From: Acaryochloris marina MBIC11017 | Lineage (GTDB): Bacteria; Cyanobacteriota; Cyanobacteriia; Thermosynechococcales; Thermosynechococcaceae | NCBI RefSeq assembly: GCF_000018105.1 | Contig: NC_009925.1 | Coordinates: 2,550,001 to 2,582,000, forward strand | Length of the DNA: 32,000 bases | Direction of reading: 5' to 3' | In this document: one piece after another, positions 24,313 through 32,000 of the stretch | How the letters are laid out: every line of letters starts with the position of its first letter | Position numbering within the stretch: the first letter of the stretch is position 1 | Translations under genes and position numbers: made by a program | Notes under the pieces: model-generated | Seen by the model: the letters and a program-made list of their open reading frames with translations, nothing else | Told to the model about the DNA's origin: nothing | The model's database searches: none

Positions 24313-26859
24313 GCTTCTCCGTTAGAAAAAAAGCCTTCGCAGATAGTCACCCGTTCTAAAGTAGCGAATTTAACGCAATCAACAGCACCTGTTCCTCCTA
24401 CCGTTCAGGCCAAGTCCAATGAAGAAGGTCTAGCTGAATGGGCAGCCCAGCTACAGAAGTGGGATCGATTGGGAACACCCTGGATGGATAAGGCTCCAAA
24501 TTTATCTGGGGAGTTAGTACAGCCATGGATTCAGCAGAAGGTAACACTTAGTCCGCCAAGAGATATACATCAACAAGAGGTGGATAGAGGCGCTAAGAAA
24601 GCTGTGCAACCTATCCATTCACCTGTTTGCAATAACAGCTCCAATGCATTGTCTGGTGAGCCTGTTCAGCAAAAGCCTATCGATACTAACATCACACAAC
24701 GATTTAGTCCGGTGGAAGGAGGGGAGATTTCTGCAGATCTTGAAGCTTCAATTCAGCAAGCCCGCTCTAGTGGGCGTCCGTTGGATACCAATATTCGCAG
24801 ATCCATGGAGCAATCATTTGGAGCTGACTTTAGCAATGTGCGCGTTCATACCGATAGTCAAGCCGATCGTTTCAACCGCGACTTACACTCTCGAGCCTTC
24901 ACCACAAAAGAAGATTTATTTTTTAAACAGGGTGAATATCAACCAGGTAATACAGACGGTCAAACGCTATTGGCCCATGAGCTAACGCATGTATTGCAGC
25001 AAAAAGGCACATCTTTGCAGACCGGCAACTCGATACAACGAGATGATGAAAAACCCAACAAACTAAGTGAGAAGGAAAAGTATAACGAAAAACAAAATAA
25101 AAAAATTAATGAATATCGGAACAAAAAAGGGGAATTACATTCGAAAAACTTTAGCTCCAAGCTGAAAGGTGGTTTTCTAGGGGACATGGAATCCAAGATG
25201 GTAGGCATTGTCAAAGATGTCCAAGATAAAGAGGGATCAATTCAGCAAGCAGATAATTATATCCATGGAGATGCCGCAGTTAATGCATTTCTGCTACAGA
25301 AACTCTTAGAGTCAAAAGAAAAGAAAGACCAACAGATTGTTGACACATTTGCTAAGCAAGTTCTGACAAAGAAATATAGAAAAAGCTTGCTATTTAACGA
25401 TAAGCTTGATAGCTCATTTGTTTTATCTAATAAAAATAAGTCTCTAGAAACTGCGCGAGTCAGCAAGAAAAGAGTTGAAGATACGGCTGGTGACCGAGTC
25501 ATTATTGAAATGTACTATAACCAGATCGAAAAATTACGTAAGGGAAAACATACTCAAAAGGATAAAGAGAAAGCTGCAGATATTTATAAATTCACAAAAA
25601 ATCGCCAATTTGACATTACTAAGAGAGCAGAAGCTCAGAAAGAAGAACGAAACAAATTGGAGGATGAAGGACGAATCTCAACAGCTGTAGTGCGAGCCCT
25701 TCAAGCAACACAGCATGCAGTATATGGCACAGTGTTAAAGGTTCTAACGCTTGGATTTGTCACCACCAAAAAGAATCGTGACAAACGAGGTTGGGTGTCA
25801 GATAAAGATTTCACGCTGGATTTAGAAACAGGTACATCAGTTGAAGAAGAATTGAACTCGAAAAAGAGAAATTTCGACTTCCAGTCTCCTGTGGAAAAAA
25901 TACGCGAGATTGTGAATGAGTATAAAGCCAAAGTAGCGGATAGGAAAGGGCTTGGCAAAGCTAAGTTGTTTTCTACTCTCTCTCTAGGGTGTGAAGTATT
26001 AAAGCGGTTTTTGGGACTTGTACAAGGCGTGTTTACCTCTGCTGCATTATGGGCCGCTGGACTAAGTTTGATTCCAGGTGCTCAGATTCTCGCTGTTATG
26101 GCTGCATTCTGTAGCACAGTCTCCTATTATCTTGGCTTAATTATGACGAGCATTAGTTCTTTAAGAACAATGCTAGACGGATTGGTCCAGCTTCTCAATA
26201 AAAATCCACTACTATTTGCTCAACTTTCTGGAGAAACGCTAAAGTCTGGCCTGAATACTGTTACAGAATCACTAGCCTACGGCACTGGTACATTAGCCAA
26301 TTTTGGCCGGGAACAGATTACGGGTCAGAACCGCTTTGACACTGAAGGGATCTACGATCCGAAGTCAACCTTTAACAATCACAAGGATTTAAATACTAGT
26401 CAAGGCCCAGACACATTCAGTAGTAAAGGGCTAGGTGATAAAAGTGTCGTTGGCAGCACTGTGGGGGTCGGCAGTGGAATCATGGGAATTAATGCAGGTG
26501 GAACCGCTGGCATCCAATCTACAGATGATAATGATATGACCTACACCCAGACTGTGAATAAGAATCGTAGAATTGGGAAGAAATCAAAAATGACTTCTAA
26601 TACTTCCAATAAAGAGCTTCAATCCATTTTGGAAGCATATGAGACGACTAAAGAAAAAGCACAGAAGACAGGATCAGAATTTACTAAGGCAGTGGTTAAG
26701 TTGTCATCTGAGAAGCCACCCAAGTCAAACGTCAAGAAGAATACTGAAATACCAAAAGATGACAGTGAAAATCTGAAGAGACTACCTCTAATTAGCAAAC
26801 TAAAGAATGAAGTACTTGGCGATTTCAAAGATGGAATTGAGGAATTAGGAAAGGCTTAG
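24298..26859 (+). CDS. DUF4157 (HExxH zincin-like) domain protein with Lys-rich helical region, TM hairpin and glycine-zipper tail; polymorphic-toxin/effector-like
   Basis: SSGRPLDTNIRRSMEQSFGADFSNVRVHTDSQADRFNRDLHSRAFTTKEDLFFKQGEYQPGNTDGQTLLAHELTHVLQQ is a near-textbook DUF4157 signature (HExxH at 24976-24990). The ORF is open from 24250, but the ATG at 24298 gives MLRTHASPLEKKP, the usual N-terminus style of these proteins. Two adjacent hydrophobic helices at 26011-26163. GSTVGVGSGIMGINAGGTAG at 26452-26511. Confidence 0.85.
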   Translation: MLRTHASPLEKKPSQIVTRSKVANLTQSTAPVPPTVQAKSNEEGLAEWAAQLQKWDRLGTPWMDKAPNLSGELVQPWIQQKVTLSPPRDIHQQEVDRGAKKAVQPIHSPVCNNSSNALSGEPVQQKPIDTNITQRFSPVEGGEISADLEASIQQARSSGRPLDTNIRRSMEQSFGADFSNVRVHTDSQADRFNRDLHSRAFTTKEDLFFKQGEYQPGNTDGQTLLAHELTHVLQQKGTSLQTGNSIQRDDEKPNKLSEKEKYNEKQNKKINEYRNKKGELHSKNFSSKLKGGFLGDMESKMVGIVKDVQDKEGSIQQADNYIHGDAAVNAFLLQKLLESKEKKDQQIVDTFAKQVLTKKYRKSLLFNDKLDSSFVLSNKNKSLETARVSKKRVEDTAGDRVIIEMYYNQIEKLRKGKHTQKDKEKAADIYKFTKNRQFDITKRAEAQKEERNKLEDEGRISTAVVRALQATQHAVYGTVLKVLTLGFVTTKKNRDKRGWVSDKDFTLDLETGTSVEEELNSKKRNFDFQSPVEKIREIVNEYKAKVADRKGLGKAKLFSTLSLGCEVLKRFLGLVQGVFTSAALWAAGLSLIPGAQILAVMAAFCSTVSYYLGLIMTSISSLRTMLDGLVQLLNKNPLLFAQLSGETLKSGLNTVTESLAYGTGTLANFGREQITGQNRFDTEGIYDPKSTFNNHKDLNTSQGPDTFSSKGLGDKSVVGSTVGVGSGIMGINAGGTAGIQSTDDNDMTYTQTVNKNRRIGKKSKMTSNTSNKELQSILEAYETTKEKAQKTGSEFTKAVVKLSSEKPPKSNVKKNTEIPKDDSENLKRLPLISKLKNEVLGDFKDGIEELGKA

Positions 26860-26869
26860 CATTAAGTGA

Positions 26870-27826
26870 ATGAGAGTTATTGAACCTGAAATTAATCTTT
26901 CCTCTGGCTTGGTCACCTTACGCTTCCCAATCACAGACTTAGAGTTAAAAGAAATTAGACATCAACAGATTTTTAATTTTCAAGAGGTTCTATTCTCAAC
27001 AGACATACCCACCACTTCATTTCAGGAAGCTTTCATAACAATTATTTCCGAATCAAAGAATTTGGATGGATATGGCGAGGATACTAGCACCAATGCAAAT
27101 ATTGAACTTGAATTGGAATCTGAGAAATGGCAGATCTTAAGCCTAGAAATTGATGGTATCGTCTACCCTACGTTTTATTTTCTGAGAACGCAGGGTCAGC
27201 TTCAAGGTTCTTTAATTCAAGCAATGATGCATTTTGCGGTTGATCGAGCTACTCAGGATGAGAACTTATCTATCCAGTCTAAAACCCTAGTCAGTGAAGC
27301 AGTGTCTGGCTTTCTTTCTCTTGGAATCGATGGACTCAGCGATGAACATAGGTTAGAGAAAAGTCTTAAACAGGTACTTTCTAGAATTAGTCATGTATAC
27401 ACTCACGATCAATATCAGTCAGTCATTGAACAGTTCTTAAAGGCAAAGGATATTCCATTTGATCGTGAGGAAGACTCCTACTATTTTTCTGTCAATACTT
27501 CAGAATGTCGTTGGGGAGTAGAGCTAAACTTACTCGACGATACTGAAGGTATAATCCTATATTCCTATTTTCAGGTAGAGCTTGACGAAGGTAGTGTGGA
27601 TAGTCTATTGAGAGATCTCAACTCAATTAATCAATCTCTCTTGCTCGGAAACTTTCAATTTAGTATTGAAGAGCACGTACTCTATTATCGGAACCATCTT
27701 AATCTCCAGGTCTATGATTTAGAGAAAAGTCTAGACAACTTATTTCAAGATAACTACGACTCCATTCAGAGCATTTCCTTACTTATAAAAGACAAGTATC
27801 ACAATCAAATCAAAATTATTGATTGA
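26870..27826 (+). CDS. hypothetical protein with YbjN / T3SS-chaperone-like C-terminal domain (candidate chaperone or immunity partner)
   Basis: 318 aa, starting 10 nt after the DUF4157 gene stop. The C-terminal region DSYYFSVNTSECRWGVELNLLDDTEGIILYSYFQVELDEGSVDSLLRDLNSINQSLLLGNFQFSIEEHVLYYRNHL follows the YbjN-family pattern (f.f......w.v.v....... l.l......v.....ll..lN.lN....g.f......l.). Confidence 0.6.
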   Translation: MRVIEPEINLSSGLVTLRFPITDLELKEIRHQQIFNFQEVLFSTDIPTTSFQEAFITIISESKNLDGYGEDTSTNANIELELESEKWQILSLEIDGIVYPTFYFLRTQGQLQGSLIQAMMHFAVDRATQDENLSIQSKTLVSEAVSGFLSLGIDGLSDEHRLEKSLKQVLSRISHVYTHDQYQSVIEQFLKAKDIPFDREEDSYYFSVNTSECRWGVELNLLDDTEGIILYSYFQVELDEGSVDSLLRDLNSINQSLLLGNFQFSIEEHVLYYRNHLNLQVYDLEKSLDNLFQDNYDSIQSISLLIKDKYHNQIKIID

Positions 27827-27884
27827 AGTTATCAATTAATGCCAGCCACAACAAGGTGTCGTTCAACATAAAAGCACTGCTCGT

Positions 27885-30800
27885 TTATGCTGCAGGTTGC
27901 AAGCCAGTTTCAGATATTATGCGAGCAGTTTTCCGATGAATGAGCAGAAAGATACAGGGCACAAAATATAAAGCAAGAATGGTAGCCCCCAATAAGCCCC
28001 CCGCAATCGTAATCGCCAAAGGTGGCCAAAATCCCGTCTCATCCATCATCAGGGGCACTAAGCCCACAATGGTGGTCAGTGTCGTTGCCACCACATGTCG
28101 AGCAGAGGACAATACCACCCGCTCAATCGCTCGTCGCGATCCCTGATAGGCCCGTTCATCCTCTCGCAGAGCGGCTAACACCACAATCGAATCATTGATC
28201 GCTAAACCGATTAAACCCAACATACCCAAAATCGCGGTAAAGCCAAAAATAGACTGAAATGCCCATAGGGCAAAGGCTCCCAACCCGATACTAAGCAGTG
28301 CAATCAGGCCAATGAGACCTGCCAGCAAAAACGAGTTAAAGGATAAGACAAGGGTCGCGGTCATCAAAATCACTAACAAGCCAACAGTGGCTAATAAATT
28401 CCCCACTGCACTTCCACGAGCATCCGCTTCGCCGCCATAGGTCAAGGAATAGCCAGGTGGGAGTTGAAACTCGCTCTGTTCTAGTCGCGTCTGGAACTGT
28501 TTGAGTACCGTATCGGGCAGGGCTCCTGCTTGCAAATAGCCTTCCACCGTATTGAACCGTTGACCATCCCGGCGGGTAATGGTGGCGAGGTTGGGTACTA
28601 GATTTATGTCTGCGATCGCACTCAACGGTACCTGCCCATCTTGGCTCCCCAGCAACTCCAGAGAGGTCACCGAGGATAAATCCGCCCGATCCGTATCGGA
28701 CAGGCGCACCCGTACGGGTAAATCTTCCGTGGATTCCAGGAGTGAACCACCCGTATTGCCATCCAAATAAGCATTGAGCTGACGGGCAATAGCTTCATTA
28801 CTCAACCCCACCCGTCGAGCCTGGATTTCATCCACATCTAAGGCCAGTTTCGGCAGGGCTTCATCAATCACCGCCCGCGTTTGCACCACCTCTGGTTCTT
28901 GGGCCAAGAGGGTGCGGAGTTCATTGCCCAACTGCCGCAGAGTTTCCATATCGGGACCAAAGACTTCAATCTCAATCGGCGCACCAAAGGGAGGGCCTTG
29001 TTCCAACTGTTTGACCAAAATCTGCGCCTGGGGAAAGGCGGCATCCAGTTCCATCTGTAAGGTCTGAATCGTCTGACTGAGATTTTTAGTGGAGGCCAGC
29101 TGGACAATCCCCTGGGCAAAATCCGGGACATTGGTACGGATGCTGTTGATGTTGTAGAAAAAGCGCGGCGCACTTTCGCCAATAAACCACTGGACTTCCG
29201 CCACTTCAGCATGGGCTAGCATCCGATCCCGCAGATCACGCACGGTTTCTGTGGTTTGGGTAATTGTAGAGGAGGTGGGCATTTCCACCTGAATTTGGAT
29301 TTGGTCCCGATTGGTGGGTGGGAAAAACTGCTGGGGTAGGGAGGCAAACTGACTAAAGCCCACCACAGGCAACAGCAGGGATAGGCCAATCCCCAAAATC
29401 GGCTTGGCTAAGGTGAGCCGCAGCAGATGCCGAAAGCCCTTAGATAGAGCTGGGCTAGACACCCCTTTATGCAACCAGCGAGGCCCTTGAGTGCCAGCCT
29501 GACCAACGCCAATAATTGCGGTTAGAGCTGCAATGATCGTCAGGGACACGGCCAGAGAGCTTAAGAGAGCCAGGATAACCGTTAAACCAATCGTGCCAAT
29601 AAATTCCCCGGTACCGCCTTTGGACGTGGCAATGGGGACAAAGGCAAATACGGTGGTCAGGGTCGAGGCCAGCAGCGGAATGCCCAGATGCTGGACAGTT
29701 TCACGCACGGCAATCGCACCTCGTAACCCCTCCCGCAATCGATGCTGAACTTCATCCACAACAATAATGGCGTTATCAATCAGCAATCCCAGGGCAATAA
29801 TCAAGCCCGTAATCGACATCTGATGGAGGGGAATCCCCAGTCCTTGCATCCAGCCAAACACCGCCAGCGTGACCAGGGGTAAGGCCGTGCCCACAATCAG
29901 AGCTGCCCGCCATCCCAGCATCACTACGGAAATGCCAATCACCAAGACCGAACTCACCACCAGATTGGTAATTACCCCGTTCAGCCGCTGACGAACATAC
30001 TGACTTTGCTCTTGGATCACCTCCACACTCATCCCGTCCGACAGATTGGCCTGAAACTCTTGGATCTGCTGACGAGCGAGCTGCGACCACTGATCGACTC
30101 GCTCTTGAGATTCGACCGTGGCGGAGAGGGTAATGCCTGGCTTACCGTTGATCAGGGTGAGGCTATCAAGGGGAGCGCGGATGCCTTTGGTGACCTGGGC
30201 AATATCCTGCAGTTGGGTCACCTGTCCTGCATCCCCCAATTGGATCGGAATCGTCTTAATTCGAGCCAGGGTTTCCAGTTGGGTATCCACTTCTAGCAAA
30301 AACTCATCTGCCTCGCCCCGTAAAGTCCCTGCTGAAACCTTGGCATCACTGGCCTGCAATTGCCGTGCCACTTCAGCCGGGGTTAATCCCAAATTCACCA
30401 GCTCAGCCTGGTTAATCTCCACCAGAATTTCTTCCTGGGGGTCACCAAATACCTCCACTTTGTCCGTCCCTGGAATGCCGCGCAGTCGGTCTTCCAGCCC
30501 TGCCGCCACCCGCGTCAAAATCGTGTAGTTGGGGTCACCTTCCAAATCCCAGGTCAAGGCCACAATTAAGGCCGAAGCTTTGAGGTCACTCTGGTCAAAC
30601 TCTGGCTTTAGAGTATCGGGGGGAAGGGCTGGGATCGTATCTTCCACCTTGCTCCGTACCTGAGCCCAGATCGGATCCACATCTGGAACCGCATCACTCA
30701 GTTCCACCACCACCACGGACACTCCCAAACTGGAGGTGGAGTCAATTTCCTCAATCTCTTCGATTTCCTGTAGCTCCGTCTCAATCCGTTCTGAGACCAG

Positions 30801-30977
30801 CGACTCCACCCGCTCGGCACTCGCCCCCGGCCAGAAGGTGGTCACCGTGGCAAATCGAGGCGTAATTTCCGGGTCTTCCAACCGAGGCAAGGTCAGAAAA
30901 GAGGACAAGCCCCACACCACAATCAGGGCAATCGACAGAATCAGTAACTGACGGTTGCGGTAGAACAGGTTCAACAT
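27885..30977 (-). CDS. RND efflux transporter permease (AcrB/HAE1-like)
   Basis: 1030 aa. 12-TM / two large periplasmic loop layout. The N-terminus MLNLFYRNRQLLILSIALIVVWG..LPRLEDPEI and motifs such as GLLIDNAIIVVD are typical of AcrB-family pumps. Confidence 0.95.
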   Translation of the reverse strand: MLNLFYRNRQLLILSIALIVVWGLSSFLTLPRLEDPEITPRFATVTTFWPGASAERVESLVSERIETELQEIEEIEEIDSTSSLGVSVVVVELSDAVPDVDPIWAQVRSKVEDTIPALPPDTLKPEFDQSDLKASALIVALTWDLEGDPNYTILTRVAAGLEDRLRGIPGTDKVEVFGDPQEEILVEINQAELVNLGLTPAEVARQLQASDAKVSAGTLRGEADEFLLEVDTQLETLARIKTIPIQLGDAGQVTQLQDIAQVTKGIRAPLDSLTLINGKPGITLSATVESQERVDQWSQLARQQIQEFQANLSDGMSVEVIQEQSQYVRQRLNGVITNLVVSSVLVIGISVVMLGWRAALIVGTALPLVTLAVFGWMQGLGIPLHQMSITGLIIALGLLIDNAIIVVDEVQHRLREGLRGAIAVRETVQHLGIPLLASTLTTVFAFVPIATSKGGTGEFIGTIGLTVILALLSSLAVSLTIIAALTAIIGVGQAGTQGPRWLHKGVSSPALSKGFRHLLRLTLAKPILGIGLSLLLPVVGFSQFASLPQQFFPPTNRDQIQIQVEMPTSSTITQTTETVRDLRDRMLAHAEVAEVQWFIGESAPRFFYNINSIRTNVPDFAQGIVQLASTKNLSQTIQTLQMELDAAFPQAQILVKQLEQGPPFGAPIEIEVFGPDMETLRQLGNELRTLLAQEPEVVQTRAVIDEALPKLALDVDEIQARRVGLSNEAIARQLNAYLDGNTGGSLLESTEDLPVRVRLSDTDRADLSSVTSLELLGSQDGQVPLSAIADINLVPNLATITRRDGQRFNTVEGYLQAGALPDTVLKQFQTRLEQSEFQLPPGYSLTYGGEADARGSAVGNLLATVGLLVILMTATLVLSFNSFLLAGLIGLIALLSIGLGAFALWAFQSIFGFTAILGMLGLIGLAINDSIVVLAALREDERAYQGSRRAIERVVLSSARHVVATTLTTIVGLVPLMMDETGFWPPLAITIAGGLLGATILALYFVPCIFLLIHRKTARIISETGLQPAA

Positions 30978-31006
30978 GGTAGCCCCGGTATCGTTTCGGT
31001 ATCGCG

Positions 31007-32000
31007 CTAGTTTTTGGTGTTGGCAACTTTGACCAGTTGGCCAGGAGCCAGACGGTGAGTGCCTTTGGCAATCACTTGCTCTTGGGAATTCAGCATGCCG
31101 CGAACATAGATGCGATCGCCCGCCGTATGCAGCACTTCCAGATCGCGTCGAGCCACACTAAACACCTGATCTTGATCTGTAGACTTCAACACAGAGGCCG
31201 ACCATAGGCCCCGCTCTCCTGCAATCACCGCCGTTGAGGGCAGCCAAAATCCCGGTTGAGTTTGCCGTTGAGCCAACACCAGCTTGGCCGTTTGCCCCAT
31301 CGAGACTGCAGCATCCTTGGGTAAGGTCAACACCGCCATCACCGTTCGGCTTTGGTTATCCACTTCCGGTAGCAGGGTTTTTACCTGCCCCTGATAACGC
31401 TGATCGCCGACTTGCACCGGATAGGTCTGACCGGGCTGCATTCGACTCGCCATCGCCTGGGGAATGCCAATTCGGGCCTCGATCTTCGAGGTTTCCACCA
31501 GCCGCAAAATTGGTTGGCCTCCGTTTAAGACCACCCCTTCATCCATAAGGCGCTGCGCCACCTGTCCCGTAAAGGGCGCTCGCAACACACTTTTAGATCG
31601 CTGAATATCTAAGGCTTTTAGACGGGCATCAATTTCGGCCAGCTGGGCGGACTGGGACTCCACCTGCTCTACCCGCGTTCCCGCCAAGAGTTCTTCTAAC
31701 CGCTTCCGAGCTTGGCCCTGACGTTTTTCCAAGGCTTGAGCGGCAAAATATCGTTCTTCAAAGGACTCACGGGAAATAGCGCCTTGCTTATATAGGTCTT
31801 GACGACGCTTACTCTGCTTTTCCGCCAGCAACCGCTGCTGACCTAAATCCTCCACTGCTGCCCGAGCCGCCCCAATCTCTTCCGTTCTTGGTCCAGTTTT
31901 CAATTCTCGGAACTGGGCTTGGGCCTGGGCTTTTTGGGCTAAAAGCTGCTGACGCTGGGCGGCTAGGCTGCGCGTATCTAAACGAGCTAGGGGCATCCCT
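31007..32000 (-). CDS. RND efflux periplasmic adaptor (membrane fusion protein), 5'-truncated by window edge
   Basis: Coiled-coil hairpin (AQRQQLLAQKAQAQAQFRELK...), then beta-barrel/MP-proximal regions (VLRAPFTGQV..., RIYVRGML...GQLVKV). It lies 29 nt upstream of the permease. The lipoyl/anchor N-terminus is missing, so the gene continues beyond 32000. Confidence 0.9.
   Translation of the reverse strand, partial: GMPLARLDTRSLAAQRQQLLAQKAQAQAQFRELKTGPRTEEIGAARAAVEDLGQQRLLAEKQSKRRQDLYKQGAISRESFEERYFAAQALEKRQGQARKRLEELLAGTRVEQVESQSAQLAEIDARLKALDIQRSKSVLRAPFTGQVAQRLMDEGVVLNGGQPILRLVETSKIEARIGIPQAMASRMQPGQTYPVQVGDQRYQGQVKTLLPEVDNQSRTVMAVLTLPKDAAVSMGQTAKLVLAQRQTQPGFWLPSTAVIAGERGLWSASVLKSTDQDQVFSVARRDLEVLHTAGDRIYVRGMLNSQEQVIAKGTHRLAPGQLVKVANTKN

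Noticed and set aside
28868-30528. Several 96-136-aa ORFs (28868-29212, 29776-30090, 30006-30296, 30118-30528) inside or antisense to the RND permease gene
   Set aside because: These are shadow ORFs typical of a long, relatively GC-rich gene. Their translations are low-complexity and Arg/Ser/Pro-rich with no motifs, and they are fully contained in a confidently identified 1030-aa CDS.
1-32000. Looked for CRISPR arrays, tRNA/rRNA/tmRNA genes and integrase or recombinase genes
   Set aside because: I saw no regularly spaced direct repeats, no T-loop/acceptor-like tRNA signatures and no rRNA-like stretches. The only mobile-element protein recognised is the IS1-family transposase.

Overview
This looks like a cyanobacterial chromosomal segment: by eye I found 13 copies of the HIP1 octamer GCGATCGC. 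It carries about 30 protein genes. I saw no rRNA, tRNA or CRISPR array.

Left to right:
- the 3' part of a RelA/SpoT gene
- a tightly packed vWA / PP2C phosphatase / Ser-Thr kinase triad (TerY-P, YegL-YegK-YegI type), whose kinase is extended by a Zn-ribbon, one TM helix and seven WD40 blades
- an AMIN-domain cell-wall amidase, a metallophosphoesterase, a rhomboid protease and two small membrane/lipoprotein genes
- an IS1-family insertion sequence with target-site duplication, a transposase split over three frames at two C7 tracts, and a perfect 75-bp tandem duplication of its right end
- a CugP-like NDP-sugar pyrophosphorylase
- a umuD-umuC operon preceded by a LexA-box-like palindrome
- an AT-richer, HIP1-free stretch (about 18.8-28.6 kb) with membrane proteins, a CbbX/SpoVK-type AAA+ ATPase, an alpha/beta hydrolase and an ICMT-type methyltransferase
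- within that stretch, a two-gene module: a large DUF4157 (HExxH zincin-like) protein with a Lys-rich helical middle, a TM hairpin and a glycine-zipper tail, followed 10 nt later by a protein with a YbjN/T3SS-chaperone-like C-terminus
- an RND efflux pump permease and a 5'-truncated adaptor gene at the right edge

The best candidates for an uncharacterised system are the DUF4157 effector-like pair (24298-27826) and the vWA-PP2C-kinase/WD40 triad (1067-5039).

All homology calls come from motifs recognised by eye in the supplied translations. No searches were run.
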